Made by a program: the position numbers and the translations under genes. A stretch of 64,000 bases of DNA, from positions 1,922,001 through 1,986,000 of the forward strand of contig SMSO01000034.1 of the NCBI GenBank assembly GCA_004764695.1, given 5' to 3'. The DNA is from Schizochytrium sp. TIO01. Taxonomy: Eukaryota; Protista; Bigyra: Labyrinthulomycetes. This document shows positions 25,101 to 37,189 of this stretch, piece by piece (the stretch's first letter is position 1; each line of letters opens with the position of its first letter). The notes below the pieces were generated by a model, which did not search any database, was not told the DNA's origin, and worked only from the letters and a program-made list of their open reading frames with translations.

Positions 25101-25515
25101 TGCTGAGATCTCCAATCGAAGGAACTAGCGGACAAGACATTGCTAGAGTTCTTGGTGTCCCTTTGTAAAACCCATTAGAAATAAGGTTTACATTAGAACA
25201 AGAATAAGCAGCCAGACTTATGTGGCTGCTGAAGCCAAGAACTAGAAGTGTGAATACACATCACCGACACCCAAGCTTGGTTTAGGTTGGATCGATGGCG
25301 GAGAAGGTTGGATAACCTAACCCCATCGATTATCTCTAACCACATTCAAGAATGTCTTAATCTCCCTAATTACTACATGAATCCATCTGTCCTGGAATTC
25401 ATTCCTCAGGACAGCAGTTCGCTAACTCTTAAATCAACCTTCTTATAGCCTACATTAAGCCTCTTACCTTCATCTTTACAGTCAACCTCACGCTAATCAG
25501 TATCACCTTTCAGCA
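25101..25515. mobile_element. Solo LTR, family B
   Basis: TGCTGA...TCAGCA termini; TSD CACCT (25096-25100, 25516-25520); homologous to 15942-16323. Confidence 0.9.
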
Positions 25516-26001
25516 CACCTAGTTGTTATATCTAGTGTTGCAAAGTTGAATATAATGAGAAGTGCGTATAAAAACCTATGAAGGGACTATCCTAGCACGG
25601 TTGTGCGCATTCTGTTTGCCTGTGCACTCACATGTGTCTCAGCTGCTTTGAAACTAACTCGAACAGTAACCTTGATGTATGTTTGAAGAACAACACAATC
25701 TTCAGTGGGACACCATCACAGAGATCTCGTGGGAGATGCAAACCGCTTAACACTTTCATTAACACTATCAGCATATGTAGCTTCAGTACACGTGTTCTCC
25801 TCTTAGAGGTGTATTGCAAGTTAGCGTGAGGCGATCACCAAGAGATAGCGTAGGTAGAGAAATGAAGGAAAAGAAAAGTTAGAATTAATATACTGCTGAC
25901 AAGGCCCATTGTCAAAGTCTATGGGCTTTGGACTTGTGTTCGGCACCTTGAGATGATCCGTCCGACACATAGCTGTAAAACTTCGATAAGGCATTAGTAT
26001 G

Positions 26002-26229
26002 TATTGCAGAGTAGCCTGAGCTGTGAAGCGTGGAGAGGTAGTCTGACAAGGATGACGAACTCAGGAGAAAGAGAAAGAGGATGATATATGAGTTATCGGG
26101 GTTTCAGGTCTGGATACAGGCAGGAATGAATGTATGATGTCAGTCCGGTACACAGGATGTGTCGGACATGAGGGCTTGGTTAGGTTAGGTTAGGTTAGGT
26201 TTAGACAGTAGCTGTATATTACTTCAATA
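26002..26229 (-). mobile_element. Solo LTR, family A (near-identical to the full element's LTR)
   Basis: 228 bp, with one extra T in the TTAGG tract; TSD GTATG (25997-26001, 26230-26234); TATTG...CAATA ends. Confidence 0.95.
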
Positions 26230-27939
26230 GTATGTAAAGCCAATAGTTTCTTTCAACGGATGAATCATAATGTAGAGGAGTAATTTTAAATTCATCATTG
26301 TAGAATATGTCTTGGAACACTGATAAAGCTTATCATGTGGGATTCTATTCAGTCAAGTAGCCAGATTAAAATATGCAGTTCGTGGGGCGCAGCAAAATTT
26401 AAAAACTCTGTGCTGAGATTACCAAGCAAAGAGTTTTGTGGAGAAGAGTCATTGTCACACTATTAAAAGTTCTCGTAGTCTAGGACTTATAAGAATATGA
26501 CTATCAAATACGAAGGAGTGAGACCAAGGAAAGTCATAAGTGAATATGAAATACACAACCAAAGAATTATGTTGAACAAACGAGCTAGCCTCACCCCTTG
26601 AGCTCTGAGTTTTAACAGTCTTAGTCTCCGACTCAGGGTATGAACTGTTCCACCTGTTAAAGATTTTTACGCAGCAGCAGTGGATCATTTACTAGGACAG
26701 TAAATCCTCGAATGCACAAAACTCTTGAAGTTTCGGTGCTGAGTGTTCATCTTCAAGGTTTGCAATCGCTAACTGTGTACGCCGAAGCATAAAAAGATGC
26801 CTCCATCTTCACGTATAACCTTTGGCTGCTTAGAGATCCTCTTTGAGTAGCCTCCTCCTATAGCGATTGTGCATTTACTTTGTAGCTTCTCTGGTATCCA
26901 CAATTCTGTCATTGTCTCGCAATCTCAGATTGATGGAGTAAACTGATTCCTTTATCACTCTGTGCGTCATTGCAATGCTCTCTTCAATAAAAAATTGAAG
27001 AACAACTTAAGATGTAATCAGGAAGGCAATGTACTGCCTTTGGAGGTTCGTTGAGTCAACTTTGTTCTGAGAGATAAAGATATGGAATTTAAATGGTTTT
27101 CTTGAGAAGAGTCCATGCTTCGAATAGTAAATCTGGATACATGGCATACCAAGATCAAAGAGTTTCGAGGATTAAATAACTGATGGTTTCCTTCTAGCTT
27201 TCAAAAGTTGTCTGGAGTGCAAAGGTTTGTGTTCAGAGTCTGATCTTTACGATAGACTTATTGTGAAATAGTAAATAGTTACCAAGAAAGAATCAATCTC
27301 CCTATTACTCAGGTCGTCATAGGTTCGGAGAAAGGGTTGCGTCTGTAATACTACTTTAGCTCCTGCCTTTGATGGCGTTCTTATGCAAATTGGAAAAGCC
27401 CAGCACCTCGCAACCGAGAGGAAATCGTCACATTAAAGGTTTCAGTGCCGTTAGAAGAACTGCATTTTGGCTTTGATGAAAAAATAAATAAAAAGTTGCT
27501 TTCCGAAATGAGAACTATTGAGAACTGCCAAAGAGAGATGAATCAAAAAAGTATTTTTGAGTTTGTTTTGCGACGATTTGGCTTAAACCTAGAGCTTGCG
27601 GTGTTGCTGAATGAATTATCGAAGGAGCGGAGAGAGTAAAACAAAGTAAGAATTAGTATCTAATAATAAAGTAAATATGCTCCTCAAACTGGAAAAATAA
27701 AGTTAAGAAAGCATATATATCATCAGTGAAATGTTAACGAATCATTACACTGTTCTAAATTATGTTTAATTTATGTTAAGTTTTAGTACGTCCCCTCACC
27801 AAGAACCTTGCCAAAAAAAAACATTATAAATTTTGATCCTGTTGGCAGACGTCGGTACTGTCTGGAGGAGAGCAATTACTTTCTTGCCTTCTAGTCAACA
27901 GCGCTTACGAAAAAGATAATCATTAAAAAATCGAATAAT

Positions 27940-30900
27940 TTATTCCAATCTAAAGTTTGCGACAACAATATCTGGTGTTAGCAAAGGCGACAATAACTCT
28001 TTCAAAACGAGTCGAAGATTTCTATCCTGAATTTTGGCATTCCAGTACTCACGCAGACGTTCTGCGCGGAGCAACTGCCACGCCTCACGAACCTGCTCAA
28101 AAGAATCAGCAAAAAATGGATCTTGCCCAAGTCTTCTTGAACAGGTTCTCACATGATCATGACATGCATCTTCATCCTGAGAACTGTAGCCAAGACACCA
28201 AGCGCAGAAGTGATGACCACAAGTCTCATTACCACACTCTACAGCACAGCAACCGTAAAAATCGTGTACATATGCCTTACAGTTCGGACAACATGTGCTC
28301 AAGATCTTCTCTTGAATATGAAGTAAATGAAGCCGTGCGTCGCGATTCTGTTCATCAGCACGTAAAACTTGTGCTATGCGCCTTTGGATCTCCTTCTCCG
28401 CCCACACTGCTGCTTCATTTTCTGCCTTCATCTTCGCAATCAACAATAGGTGATTCAAAGCAGTTGGTGCAAGACGGGTGATTTCTTGACCTGATATCCT
28501 TCCACTACATTCAGGTTTCATGCATGCCATCGTTCCATCAGCATCCACCCTTACGTTAGCAAGTGGCCGTGCCGCCGCTTCTACTGAAGATTCGATACAG
28601 TCTCTGCAAAGGAAGTCTCCCTCCTCGCAGCTCGTGCCCTCGGAAAGCAGACGCTCCTCCATGCATACTAGACATATCTTGACAGGGATCTTAGGAGCTC
28701 CAAAAGCTTCATGTTGGAGTGCTTGGCGAGCGGTTGGACGCTGGCCAGGGTCTGTTGCTGTAAGAGCATCGATAAGTTTCTGCATTGCAGCGGTTCGCTC
28801 AGTAGGATACAGCTCCTTTAAGCTTATGCCCACAGAGTACATATCCATCGCTGTTTCAAACCTATCTACAGGCCCATTCTGCAACTCGGGGGCAACGTAC
28901 CGTGGCGTTGCTTGAAGTGATGTGTAAGTTGCAGTGTAGTCTGCATTCTTGATGCCGTCAAAGTCGCCGATCAATGGTGTCCCGTTACTTGTGAGGAAAA
29001 TGTTTTCTGGTTTGATGTCACAATGCACAATGCCATGGGTATGTAAATCCGCCACGCCGATAAGCAGACCCATAGCAAGTCGGTCGCGTGCTGCTTTGCT
29101 TTCGTTAGGATGACTCTCAATCCACTTGGCAAGGTCACCTTGCTCGTAGAAAGGCATGACGATACAACCACGCGGTACTCCATGTGCCAGATCAACAAAA
29201 GCACCATTGATACGTATCACGTGCTGAGACACCACTTTGCCCAGATTCGCAACTTGTCTGTAGAAGGTTTTAGATTGACTTGAATGTCCAAGCTGAAACT
29301 CTTTTAGAACCATAGTTTTACCATCTCCATCAAATACTTTCTGGACTCTCTTGCCAACTCTGGAAGCAAGGGGCTCGCCGAGAGGCTTGAAGTCCGAAAC
29401 TGTGACATTCGTCAACCAAAGGTCAGAACATGCTACTTCAAAAACACCCTCTGCACTTACGTGAAGCCTTTCCAGCCAGGCTCTATCTTGCAGCAACTCT
29501 GGATAATGTTCCTGCGCGTGTTGCAGAGTTTCAGCAAGCTTATGACGAAAAGCTTTGCTAAGATCGATAGGGTTGCCTTGAGAGAGAATGAGCTCTTGTT
29601 TTCTGATACGATTTCTAAAATATGCTTGATCTTCCTCATCCATGTCCTCTATTTCGAGTTCTTCGTTGGCTCTCTTCAAAATTTCTGTGGCTATCCTCGA
29701 CTTGTCAAGTTTCTGGTATAATTCTTCAACATCTGAGACAGAAGGTTCTTTCAAACCCAGTACTGCATAGTCATACAGCTCAGAGAGCTCTTTTGGTGTG
29801 TAATTGCTCGCGTCATTCAACGTAGCACTCTCAGAGTATCCTTCAAATCGAGCAAATGTTGAACTTATCGCGCAAAATATTTTGGACAAGTGGGCACGAA
29901 GTGTATCTCCTTGTAGAGCTTTGATCTCTTCCTTGAGAGCACTCTCAAGTTCAGACAACTCGGGTTCTAGCTCCATGGCCTGCTCGGGTGATCTCAGAGC
30001 AACCGATAATCCATCACCAAGTTCTAGCTCAGACAATCGAGAGATGACGCGTTTTACAGCTTGTTGGCTTCGTTCACCAATGTTGTTGAGTTGGTCTTCT
30101 CCACTCCTTTTGTACCCTTCCACGCATTGGCCAGCCTGAATAACGAGTTCTTGGCAGTGTTTGAAGTCATCTGTGATGGTCTCTTCATCGACTGGAGCAA
30201 GGTTGATCTTTAGATCGTTTACCAAACTTTCAACTCTCTCTTTGAATTCTCGCACTGCACTCTCATCACTTTCACAAAGATTGGCGCGAACCCATGGGTA
30301 CACAACCTGCAAAAGTGAATACAGGTACCTCCGTTCGGTGTTCCGCTTTTCGATGAGGCTGGCCAAGCCATCAGCAGAGCTTGCACGAATCTGGCCTTGT
30401 CGCACGTCAAGACTCTCTTTGGAGTTCTTGATGTCAGCGAAAACCTGTCGCAACTTTACTTGGCCAAAGTAGCCCTGGATCGCCGGTCGAACGAATTCCT
30501 CAAGCAGGGCAATCCCAGTCTGCAGGGAGTTTCCTCTGACCCCACCTCGGTCCGCGCGCAAGTCCGAGACTTTCTTGGCAAGCTGCACCACATCAGCAAA
30601 ACTCACGCTCGCTCCATCCGGCCGTTCTCTGAGGCGAACAAGAAGACGTAAGCAAACGAGCAAAATGGTGTTGAAGCAGTAATAAAGGCAAAAGCAAAAG
30701 TTAGGATACCCTCTATCTCAATAACACAATTCGTGGAATGAATAATTACACGATCCCAAACAAAGACTGACCGCATGAACTTACCCAGATCCATCCAAAG
30801 TAGCAAGCCCGGCGCTCTCATCGCCATCTTGCTCGTTCTTGGGCTCTGCAGAAGGCTCGCTTTCTGCAGTCTCTATGGAAGCATAGGAATCGAGCTCTGA

Positions 30901-33900
30901 CGAGAAATCTGCAATGTCCTCTCCAGGAGAACACACCCTTTCGAACAATCGTTTAGGGGTTCCAGAAAAATTGTCATAGCTGCATTTGATAAATCAATGA
31001 ACGAAAGAAAGAGAATAAAAGCGCTTGTTAGAAAAACGATGCACGCAACTAAAGACGGCCTCGCAAGTCCATATGGAGACATGGAGAGAACCATAGAAGG
31101 CAAGGTTCTGCGCAAGCTGGGAATACCAGCAGAGGAAACGGAACTTACTAGATTTGAACAGAAGGACATGCTTTGTGCAGAGACTTTGCGACGGCCTTTG
31201 CGCCCTCCGAGCCAATGTCGTTGTTACGAAGACTGTGAGTATAAATGAATAAGTTTGTTTTATTCATTCGTTGTCAGGAAAGACAGGTCCAGTCAGTTGA
31301 TCCTGTTTTGTTTTGTTTTCCCTCACAATAAAAAGCAATCAGCTCTTCTTCTGCTGCTGCTGCTGCCTAGTATCAAATTATATAGATTTCTTTCTTCTCT
31401 TTGTAAAAAAGAAAAGACTTCTTTGCCTTTCTTTGCGTACCCAACTACGTAAACTACTTAGGTAGTGTACCAGCAGCACTACAAACACCAAGCACTAAAA
31501 ACAAAGAAAGAAAAAGCTTGGTCCTGACTATTACGATAGCTTTCCCTCGTGGATGATTCCACAAACGTACCCAAGTTTAGTCAGGTTCTTGCATCCCTCG
31601 AGTGCCTTTGCGACGGCCTTTGCGCCCTCTGAGCCAATGTCGTTGTTATTAAGACTGTGAGTATAAATGAATAAGTTTGTTTTGTTCATTCGTTGTCAGG
31701 AAAGACAGGTCCAGTCAGTTGATCCTGTTTTGTTTTGTTTTTCCTCACAATAAAAAGCAATCACCTCTTCTTCTTCTGCTGCTGCTGCCTATCAAATTAT
31801 ATAGATTTCCTTCTTCTCTTTGTAAAAAAGAAAAGACTTCTTTGCCTTTCTTTGCGTACCCAACTACGTAAACTACTTAGGTAGTGTACCAGCAGTACTA
31901 CAAACACCAAGCACTCAAAAGAAAGAAAGAAAAAGCTTGGTCCTGACTATTACGATAGCTTTCCCTCGTGGATGATTCCACAAACGTACTATAATTGTTG
32001 AAGGTTCTTGCATCCCTCGAGTGCCTTTGCGACGGCCTTTGCGCCCTCCGAGCCAATGCCATTCTCCTGAAGACTGTGAGTATAAATGAATAAGTTTGTT
32101 TTGTTCATTCGTTGTCAGGAAAGACAGGTCCAGTCAGTTGATCCTGTTTTGTTTTGCTTTTCCTCAATAAAAAGCAATCACCTCTTCTTCTGCTGCTGCT
32201 GCTGCCTATCAAATTATATAGATTTCCTTTTGCCCTTCCTTCTTCTCTTTGTAAACTAACCAACTACGTAAACTACTTAGGTAGTGTACCAGCAGTACTA
32301 CAAACACCAAGCACTAAAAAGAAAGAAAGAAAAAGCTTGGTCCTGACTATTACGATAGCTTTCCCTCGTGGATGATTCCACAAACGTACGCTAAAAATTG
32401 AAGGTTCTTGCATCCCTCGAGTGCCTTTGCGACGGCCTTTGCGCCCTCCGAGCCAATGTCGTTGTTATGAAGACTGTGAGTATAAATGAATAAGTTTGTT
32501 TTGTTCATTCGTTGTCAGGAAAGACAGGTCCAGTCAGTTGATCCTGTTTTGTTTTGTTTTTCCTCACAATATAAAGCAATCACCTCTTCTTCTGCTGCTG
32601 CGTATCACATTATATAGATTTGCTTTTGCGCTTCCTTCTTCTCTTTGTAAAAAAGAAAAGACTTCTTTGCCTTTCTTTGCGTACCCAACTACGTAAACTA
32701 CTTAGGTAGTGTACCAGCAGTACTACAAACACCAAGCACTAAAAACAAAGAAAGAAAAAGCTTGGTCCTGACTATTACGATAGCTTTCCCTCGTGGATGA
32801 TTCCACAAACGTACGCTAAAATTTGAAGGTTCTTGCATCCCTCGAGTGCCTTTGCGACGGCCTTTGCGCCCTCCGAGCCAATGTCGTTGTTATGAAGACT
32901 GTGAGTATAAATGAATAAGTTTGTTTTGTTCATTCGTTGTCAGGAAAGACAGGTCCAGTCAGTTGATCCTGTTTTGTTTTGTTTTTCCTCACAATAAAAA
33001 GCAATCACCTCTTCTTCTTCTGCTGCTGCTGCCTAGTATCAAATTATATAGATTTCCTTCTTCTCTTTGTAAAAAAGAAAAGACTTCTTTGCCTTTCTTT
33101 GCGTACCCAGCTACGTAAACTACTTAGGTAGTGTACCAGCAGTACTACAAACACCAAGCACTGAAAAGAAAGAAAGAAAAAGCTTGGTCTTGACTATTAC
33201 GATAGCTTTCCCTCGTGGATGATTCCACAAACGTACCCAAGTTTAGTCAGGTTCTTGCATCCCTCGAGTGCCTTTGCGACTGCTTTTGCGCCCTCTGAGC
33301 CAATGTCGTGCCCACCAAGACTGTGTTTGTTTGTTTGTTTGTGAACAAGTGAGATTTGTTTTGTTCATTCGTTGTCAGGAAAGACAGGTCCAGTCAGTTG
33401 ATCCTGTTTTGTTTTGTTTTTCCTCACAATAAAAAGCAATCAGCTCTTCTTCTTCTGCTGCTGCTGCCTATCAAATTCTATAGATTTCCTTCTTCTCTTT
33501 GTAAAAAAGAAAAGACTTCTTTGCCTTTCTTTGCGTACCCAACTACGTAAACTACTTAGGTAGTGTACCAGCAGTACTACAAACACCAAGCACTAAAAAC
33601 AAAGAAAGAAAAAGCTTGGTCCTGACTATTACGATAGCTTTCCCTCGTGGATGATTCCACAAACGTACACTAAAGTTTGAAGGTTCTTGCATCCCTCGAG
33701 TGCCTTTGCGACGGCCTTTGCGCCCTCATCGCCAATGTTGTTGTTGTCAAGACTGTGAGTATAAATTCATTCGTTGTCAGGAAAGACAGGTCCAGTCAGT
33801 TGATCCTGTTTTGTTTTGTTTTTCCTCACAATAAAAAGCAATCACCTCTTCTTCTGCTGCTGCTGCTGCTGCCTATCAAATTATATAGATTTCCTTCTTC

Positions 33901-35256
33901 TCTTTGTAAAAAAGAAAAGACTTCTTTGCCTTTCTTTGCGTACCCAACTACGTAAACTACTTAGGTAGTGTACCAGCAGTACTACAAACACCAAGCACTA
34001 AAAACAAAGAAAGAAAAAGCTTGGTCCTGACTATTACGATAGCTTTCCCTCGTGGATGATTCCACAAACGTACTGTAAAGATTGAAGGTTCTTGCATCCC
34101 TCGAGTGCCTTTGCGACGGCCTTTGCGCCCTCATCGCCAATGTTGTTATACTGAAGACTGTGAGTATAAATGAATAAGTTTGTTTTGTTCATTCGTTGTC
34201 AGGAGAGACAGGTCCAGTCAGTTGATCCTGTTTTGTTTTGGTTTTCCGCACAATAAAATCAATCACCTCATCTTGTGCTGCTGCCTATCAAATTATATAG
34301 ATTTCGTTTTGCCCTTCCTTCTTCTCTTTGTAAAAAAGAAAAGACTTCTTTGCCTTTCTTTGCGTACCCAACTACGTAAACTACTTTAGGTAGTGTACCA
34401 GCAGTACTACAAACACCAAGCACTCAAAAGAAAGAAAGAAAAAGCTTGGTCCTGACTATTACGATAGCTTTCCCTCGTGGATGATTCCACAAACGTACTG
34501 TAAAGTTTGAAGGTTCTTGCATCCCTCGAGTGCCTTTGCGACGGCCTTTGCGCCCTCATCGCCAATGTTGTTCTCAGAAAGACTGTGAGTATAAATGAAT
34601 AAGTTTGTTTTGTTCATTCGTTGTCAGGAGAGACAGGTCCAGTCAGTTGATCCTGTTTTGTTTTGGTTTTCCGCACAATAAAATCAATCACCTCATCTTG
34701 TGCTGCTGCCTATCAAATTATATAGATTTCGTTTTGCCCTTCCTTCTTCTCTTTGTAAAAAAGAAAAGACTTCTTTGCCTTTCTAAAGTACCCAACTATG
34801 TAAACTACGTAGGTAGTGTACCAGCAGTGCTTTCGTTTTGATTCCTTTCCCCTAGTACCAACACCACTCAAAATAAAGAAAGAAAAAGCTTGGTTCTGCC
34901 TGTTTCGATAGCTTTCTCTCGTGGATGATTCCACAAACGTACTACAATTTTTGAAGGTTCTTGCATCGCTCGAGTGCCTTTGCGACGGCCTTTGCGCACT
35001 CATCGTTAATGTCGTGCCCACCAAGACTGTGTTTGTTTGTTTGTTTGTGAACAAGTGAGAGTAAGTATATGCCATTTCCAACTTCTTCATGAGTGCCACT
35101 ACTAGTACAAAACTATTCTTCTTCTACAAAGCTGACTACTACAACACATCGACGACGCGATGCCTCCTTCTTCTGTCTCCTCCCTTCTGCATCGTGCACC
35201 TACCGAATCTCCGTCGTATCTTCTCTGATGTCCTCAATTTTGCTTGCCGTAGTCAT
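27940..35256 (-). CDS. 13-exon gene, predicted 1258 aa: 10 RI/NLR-type LRRs, linker/helical region, Ser/Thr kinase, RING, RBR-type (IBR/Rcat-like) Cys-His domain
   Basis: Manual GT-AG model with all introns phase 2 and an open frame throughout. Exons: 35204-35256 (MTTASKIEDIREDTTEI); 84-nt LRR exons 34943-35026, 34499-34582, 34074-34157, 33669-33752, 33237-33320, 32815-32898, 32390-32473, 31990-32073, 31571-31654, 31149-31232; then 30785-30979 and 27940-30628. Kinase motifs VLKE, HCDIKPEN, DFD, APE. RING CLVC...CEEGDFLCRDC...CMKPEC. C-terminal CPNC...GCCAVEC...CGHHFCAWC. Confidence 0.88.
31149..35026 (-). repeat. Tandem array of ~420-bp units, each an 84-nt LRR exon plus a 316-360-nt near-identical intron
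   Basis: Ten exons and nine repeated introns. Donors GTACGTTTGTGG and acceptors ACAG recur in each unit. Confidence 0.95.
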
Positions 35257-36510
35257 CGTGTTTTGCAGCAGTGAGTGTCACCTTTGATGGATGGATTGAT
35301 CAATCGCGTTGATTGACTTTGCTTGTCTTAGTCTTCGCTTTGCTTTGGCGCTCGAAAGAGAGAGAGAGAGAGAGAGTAGTTTGAGTCTTTGCTCGCGCTG
35401 CTGATCAGGAATGGAGACTCCTGCTCTGTCTTCTTCTTCTCCTTCTTCTTTGCAGCAAAGAAGGAGGAACGGGCGAACTCCTTGCGACGCCTCGCAATTG
35501 CCTCTGCAGACCAAGCCTCGGTCACGAGTAACGAACGCGTGAAGGGGTGTTGCGCGCGAGAGGTCGCGGGGGCGTGGATATCGTGCGTACGCGCTGCCTC
35601 GTGTTACGGGTTTGCGAGGATGGCTGGCTTTGGCGAGAGTAGTAGGTTGCTGGGTATGATACTTGGTTGTATACGTAGGTTAAGCGCTGCTAGTGTTTTC
35701 GAAGGTCCGTTGAGTCAATTTTTTCCTGAGAGCGCAAGGTGTGAAAATGGATTCTGCTCTTGAAGAAAGACGAGGAGGCGTTGTGCTTCTACCAAGTCAC
35801 ACACAATACAGAACGTGGTAGGAAGGTCCCTATCCATTTGTGATCGTGTATGGGTGCTATTGTTTTGGTTTGATAATATATAGCATTGAGTAGGGTTTTG
35901 TTGAGCAAAAGGAGGTCGAGTTTCGATTGTCATGGCGTTTTGTGTAACGAGTAGTAGGCAAGAAGAGGTCCTTGTATCGGGGTCGATTAGACAGAAGAGC
36001 CAAAAAATTGTAGTCTTTTTGTTGTTTTTGGTGAGGTCTTGAAGCGACGAAAACTCGTAACTGTGTCATACAAGAAATAAATTGCTTGTCGGGAGTAGGT
36101 TTTTGTCTATCAGATAGTAATAGGTTTGTGATGCGATCTATGATAGATTATCTTGAGATCGGGAAAGCTTGGGAGAGAATGGAGAGCAAGTCGACAATTT
36201 TCGGATTTTAAAGATGTGTCGAGTCGTTGGATATTTGCTTCACGGCTTCAATGTGAAAAAAGCAGAGAGTTGCTTTCAACGATCAGAGCTACTGGCGGCT
36301 GCGACCAAAGGTGTGCCAGAAAGAAGGGAAGGAAAGTTTCAAAAAGAGGAGCATCTTTGACCGAGAGTAGATGCCTAATTGCCGTTCTTACAGTGCTTGT
36401 AATCCTCTTCGGGCAGGTTTATTTTCATGAAATGATTTTTTAATAATATTGTGATATCAACCGTGGAGTTGCTCTCTTGTAGTGCAACGGTAAAAAATAA
36501 AGGGGAAAAA

Positions 36511-36629
36511 AACATTCAACACCGGGGCTTCGCATGCAGTCCCCTATCATACTACTGACCCGGCCCTACGCGACTTTACTTCTCAGTGCGAATGAGATGA
36601 GGTGTTACCCGCGTGGTATGATCGAATGT
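36511..36629 (-). rRNA. 5S rRNA
   Basis: Identical by eye to 23987-24105, with different flanks and a T-run terminator. Confidence 0.95.
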
Positions 36630-37189
36630 ACTTCAATGTCGGTTCATACTCTATTTATACTCAGTTTAAAAATGGTTGTTATTTACTTCTTTGGTAGTGC
36701 AACAAGATAGTGGTAGTGGAACGTCTGGAGCAAACATCACTGCAAAAGATATTATAGTAGAAGTTATTAACTAGTTTGGTAAAGATAGGCCTAGGATATT
36801 GTTAGAAAGAACTCAAGTGCAGAAAAAGAATGCAGAACCCAAGTCGCTGCAGAGATTGATCAAATCACTATTTTCGACGGAACAGCAAGTGTGGCGCAGC
36901 AGAGAGCAGGGAGCATAAGCAACATCAGCAGCGACGAGCAACACGATTGCGAGTCGGCGACCCTTTTCTTCGCGAGCGTTGGCTTAGCAAGGATTGACAA
37001 GAGACAAAGCTCGAACGAACGATCGGCGAGGGAGGGCGCTCTTGAAGTGCAGTATACACAGGGAGCTTCTACTACACGCTGATCGTGTAGCGTAGAAACG
37101 GGTGGCGGGAGACTAAGTGGAGTTTTCTTAGGTTCTTCTCGGAGTCAACTGTTGAAAGTACCGTCGCCAGGCACGAACGAGGGACGAAA

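Noticed and set aside
21500-27600. Short ORFs and coding-looking fragments (22300-22970, 26450-27640)
   Set aside because: No recognisable motifs or consistent exon chain; possibly decayed genes but not supportable.
30629-30663. N terminus MLVCLRLLVRL of the 907-aa ORF
   Set aside because: It has a TTG start and lies in the polypyrimidine tract before the acceptor CAG. The coding exon starts at 30628.
31255-34841. Repeated plus-strand ORFs MFCSFVVRKDRSSQ...
   Set aside because: They are antisense readings of the repeated intron, with non-ATG starts and frame differences among copies.
31149-35026. CRISPR-like array (constant repeats with variable inserts)
   Set aside because: Eukaryotic context, ~420-bp units and no cas genes. 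The variable parts are codons at GT-AG exon edges.
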